32,000 nt of DNA, taken from contig BAAFHK010000003.1 of the NCBI GenBank assembly GCA_042852035.1, positions 224,473 through 256,472 of the forward strand, given 5' to 3'. The notes under the pieces are model-generated. The model worked only from the letters and a program-made list of their open reading frames with translations. It had not been told where the DNA came from and searched no databases. A program made the position numbers and the translations under genes. The stretch is from Candidatus Saccharimonadota bacterium (lineage in GTDB: Bacteria; Patescibacteriota; Gracilibacteria; BD1-5; UBA2023). Below, piece by piece: positions 29,876 through 32,000 of the stretch. Position 1 is the first letter of the stretch, and every line of letters starts with the position of its first letter.

Positions 29876-31612
29876 TTGGTGAAAGAATATTTGTATATAG
29901 GATTATATGAAAAATTCATGCAATCCACCTTCCTCCACGAATTCATTTGTATACTTCTCAATGACTCTTCTTTAACAACGAAGAGGGATTATCAAAAAGT
30001 GAAAAATACACTTCTCGCAAAATATGGCAATGAAGTTGAGGATGTAAGTTCTATTGAGGTACTTGAATTTTATCGAGAAGGAATTACAAATAAGATATAT
30101 ATATATGACTCGAGAGTGTGGAAAATTCTTCGTAAAAGATGAGTGCGTTCTCTTTCGGGGGTTTCTGTGATCTCTCTTCTCACAAAGTTTTGGGGATGTC
30201 CTGGGAAATGTATATATTGCCCGACTTATGATGGGCTTCCGAAAAGTTATATAACGTGAGAGCCAGCTGTTCAACGAGCAGAAATGAATGAATTCGATCC
30301 CGTCCGCCAAGTCCAAAACCGTCTCAGATCACTTGAGATAACGGGAAATGCAATAGCGAAATGCGATGTGAGAATTATTTGAGGCACCTGGAGCGTATAC
30401 CCACTGGAGTATCAAGAAATGTTTATAAAATGAATTTATGATGCTCATACAACCTATAGTGATTTACGACCATTTCTTGCTTCAGTAGAGACAGGGGAAG
30501 ACGTTTTTGCGCGTTTTAAAGTAGAGAAATGATTTAAAATGAAGGCTTCAGAAACTTTGGAGGATGCAAAAGAAAGAAATCAAACAGCGGAGTCTCGCGT
30601 CATTGGAATTGCGATTGAAACTCGACCGGATTGGATTACCCCAGAAGAAATTATACGACTCAGAAAATATGGAATTACACGAGTGGAGATAGGGTACCAA
30701 ACAACAGATGATACCATAAATCTACTCAATAAAAGATGACATGGAAATAAGGAATCGATTGAGGCAACTCGGCTTCTCAAGGACGCTGGTTTTAAAGTTG
30801 TAGCCCATATGATGCCCAATCTCCTAGGATCTACACCAGAGAAAGATAGATGGTCTATGAAAGAGGTTTTCGAGAGCTCTGATTTTAGGCCTGATGAACT
30901 CAAAATTTACCCTATGGTTGTGACCCCTTATTCTGAGCTAGAAAATATATGGAGAACGGGTTGATTTCGAGCCTATGACGATGACACGCTTATTAATCTC
31001 ATGGCAGATCTTCAAGGAATGATACCCGAGTATGTACGACTCAATCGTATGTATCGAGATATCCCAGCAGATCAGATTTTAGCGGGATCAAAACTTGCAA
31101 ATCTGAGACAACTGACAGAAGCAAAAATGAAAGAGAAATCAATCATGCGTCTTGATATTTCCTCAAGAGAAATTCGAGCTAAGTGAAATAATCCTCATGA
31201 TGCCGTTTTAGATGAGTATTTTTATGAGGCAAGTGGTGGTCATGAATACTTTCTCCAGTATATTGATCCCAATGATAGAACGATTTTTTGACTTCTCCGT
31301 TTGCGCATTCCTTCACAGTATTTTACTCGAGAAAAGCATTTTGTAGAGGTGTTGGAAGGTGCTGCAATAGTAAGAGAACTTCATGTTTTTTGAGACCAAC
31401 TTTCTATCGGATGATCTCCTGATGGAAGTGGTCAACATATGGGCTTTTGAAAAAAACTCATGCGAAGAGCTGAAGAAATTGTACAATCAAAGTATCCAGA
31501 AATATCAAAATTAGCAGTCATAGCTTGAGTTTGAGTACGAAAATATTATGAGAAACTTGGATATTTTCACGAAGAAGAGTATATGATAAAGCCTCAAATA
31601 TCAGAAAATTAA
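29876..31612 (+). CDS. elp3: ELP3-family radical SAM / GNAT tRNA U34 carboxymethyl-modification enzyme homologue
   Basis: Code-25 ORF. Start at TTG 29876 or ATG 29918. Radical SAM cluster GCPGKCIYCP, ETRPDWIT, RVEIGYQT, KIYPMVV. C-terminal GNAT motif GQHMGF-G-KKLMRRAEE. Confidence 0.8.
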
Positions 31613-31875
31613 CACTTTTTATAAAACTACTATTCAAGAACTTGATTGTGGTCCTTTAAATAAGGGTATATGCTCTATGTTTTCTTTATTTTAAGCCGTC
31701 TATAGTCTCTATTGACGCTATTTCTCTATATTTCATGAATTATTTAATCTCAATAATACTCCCGAGAGAATATTAATTTAAAAAATAGTATATTTTTTTG
31801 TCTCTACTCTTTCACTTTTCTTTCACATTGAAAATGTATAATGGACCTGTCCTTTATTTCTTTTTTTCTTCACGT

Positions 31876-32000
31876 ATGAAACTTTCTTCTCGTGGTTTTA
31901 CTCTTGTGGAACTCATGATCGTAATTGCGATTATCGGTATCCTTGCTGCAGCTCTCTTCCCATCACTCTCTGCTTACCTTAAGCGTTCTCGTGATGCAGG
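31876..32000 (+). CDS. Type IV pilin / pseudopilin-like protein, N-terminal fragment
   Basis: MKLSSRGFTLVELMIVIAIIGILAA is a prepilin cleavage/methylation motif. The ORF runs off the window. Confidence 0.75.
   Translation, partial: MKLSSRGFTLVELMIVIAIIGILAAALFPSLSAYLKRSRDA

Noticed and set aside
1-32000. Reading the window with the standard code (table 11), or with UGA = Trp (table 4)
   Set aside because: Table 11 fragments every recognisable gene at TGA. Table 4 would place Trp at invariant Gly positions (FxGxG, Walker A GxGK, GYPTQKP). Trp is already supplied by TGG, and the UCA tRNA has a Gly-type acceptor stem and U73.
1-32000. CRISPR arrays, rRNA genes, IS transposases, retron or CBASS-type modules
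   Set aside because: No regularly spaced direct repeats, rRNA-like conserved blocks, DDE/TnpB-like proteins, reverse transcriptase or cyclase motifs were seen in any frame on either strand.

Overview
AT-rich bacterial fragment (roughly one third G+C by eye) that has to be read with genetic code 25 (UGA = Gly, as in Gracilibacteria/Absconditabacteria-type CPR lineages). The supplied standard-code ORF track is broken at TGA codons that fall on invariant Gly positions: FFGGS-G-TT and I-G-YPTQKP in a DNA methylase, RLL-G-VNAPD in a thermonuclease, DLAT-G-TGKS in a helicase Walker A. Trp is encoded by TGG, and a tRNA with anticodon UCA and Gly identity elements lies at 29729-29807. I re-derived all CDS by hand under code 25. 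Layout: (1) 1-2232, backbone with a secreted nuclease, a membrane protein and a tRNA-Arg/Leu/Cys cluster. (2) 2383-16613, very AT-rich integrated DNA delimited by three copies of an AGGGGGGAGATTTT core. It carries a type III R-M system, a coupling-protein ATPase, a replication-relaxation-like protein, a Rep-like protein and a large serine recombinase (LSR-A). (3) tRNA-Arg at 16657-16734. (4) 16752-23374, a second island flanked by about 47-nt direct repeats. It carries a convergent large serine recombinase (LSR-B), a structured RNA leader, a terminase-small-subunit-like HTH protein and a three-gene operon (PD-(D/E)xK-like, T4 Beta-like, Zn-ribbon RES domain) that looks like an undescribed NAD-targeting defence module. 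(5) 23708-26714, a fused nuclease-SF1 helicase with an overlapping partner gene. (6) About 26941-27345, a sharply GC-rich single-gene insert. (7) 27505-32000, backbone with secreted proteins, tRNA-Gly(UCA), a bacterial ELP3 homologue and a type IV pilin start. All family assignments come from motif recognition by eye; no database search or alignment was run. No rRNA, CRISPR array or transposase was seen.
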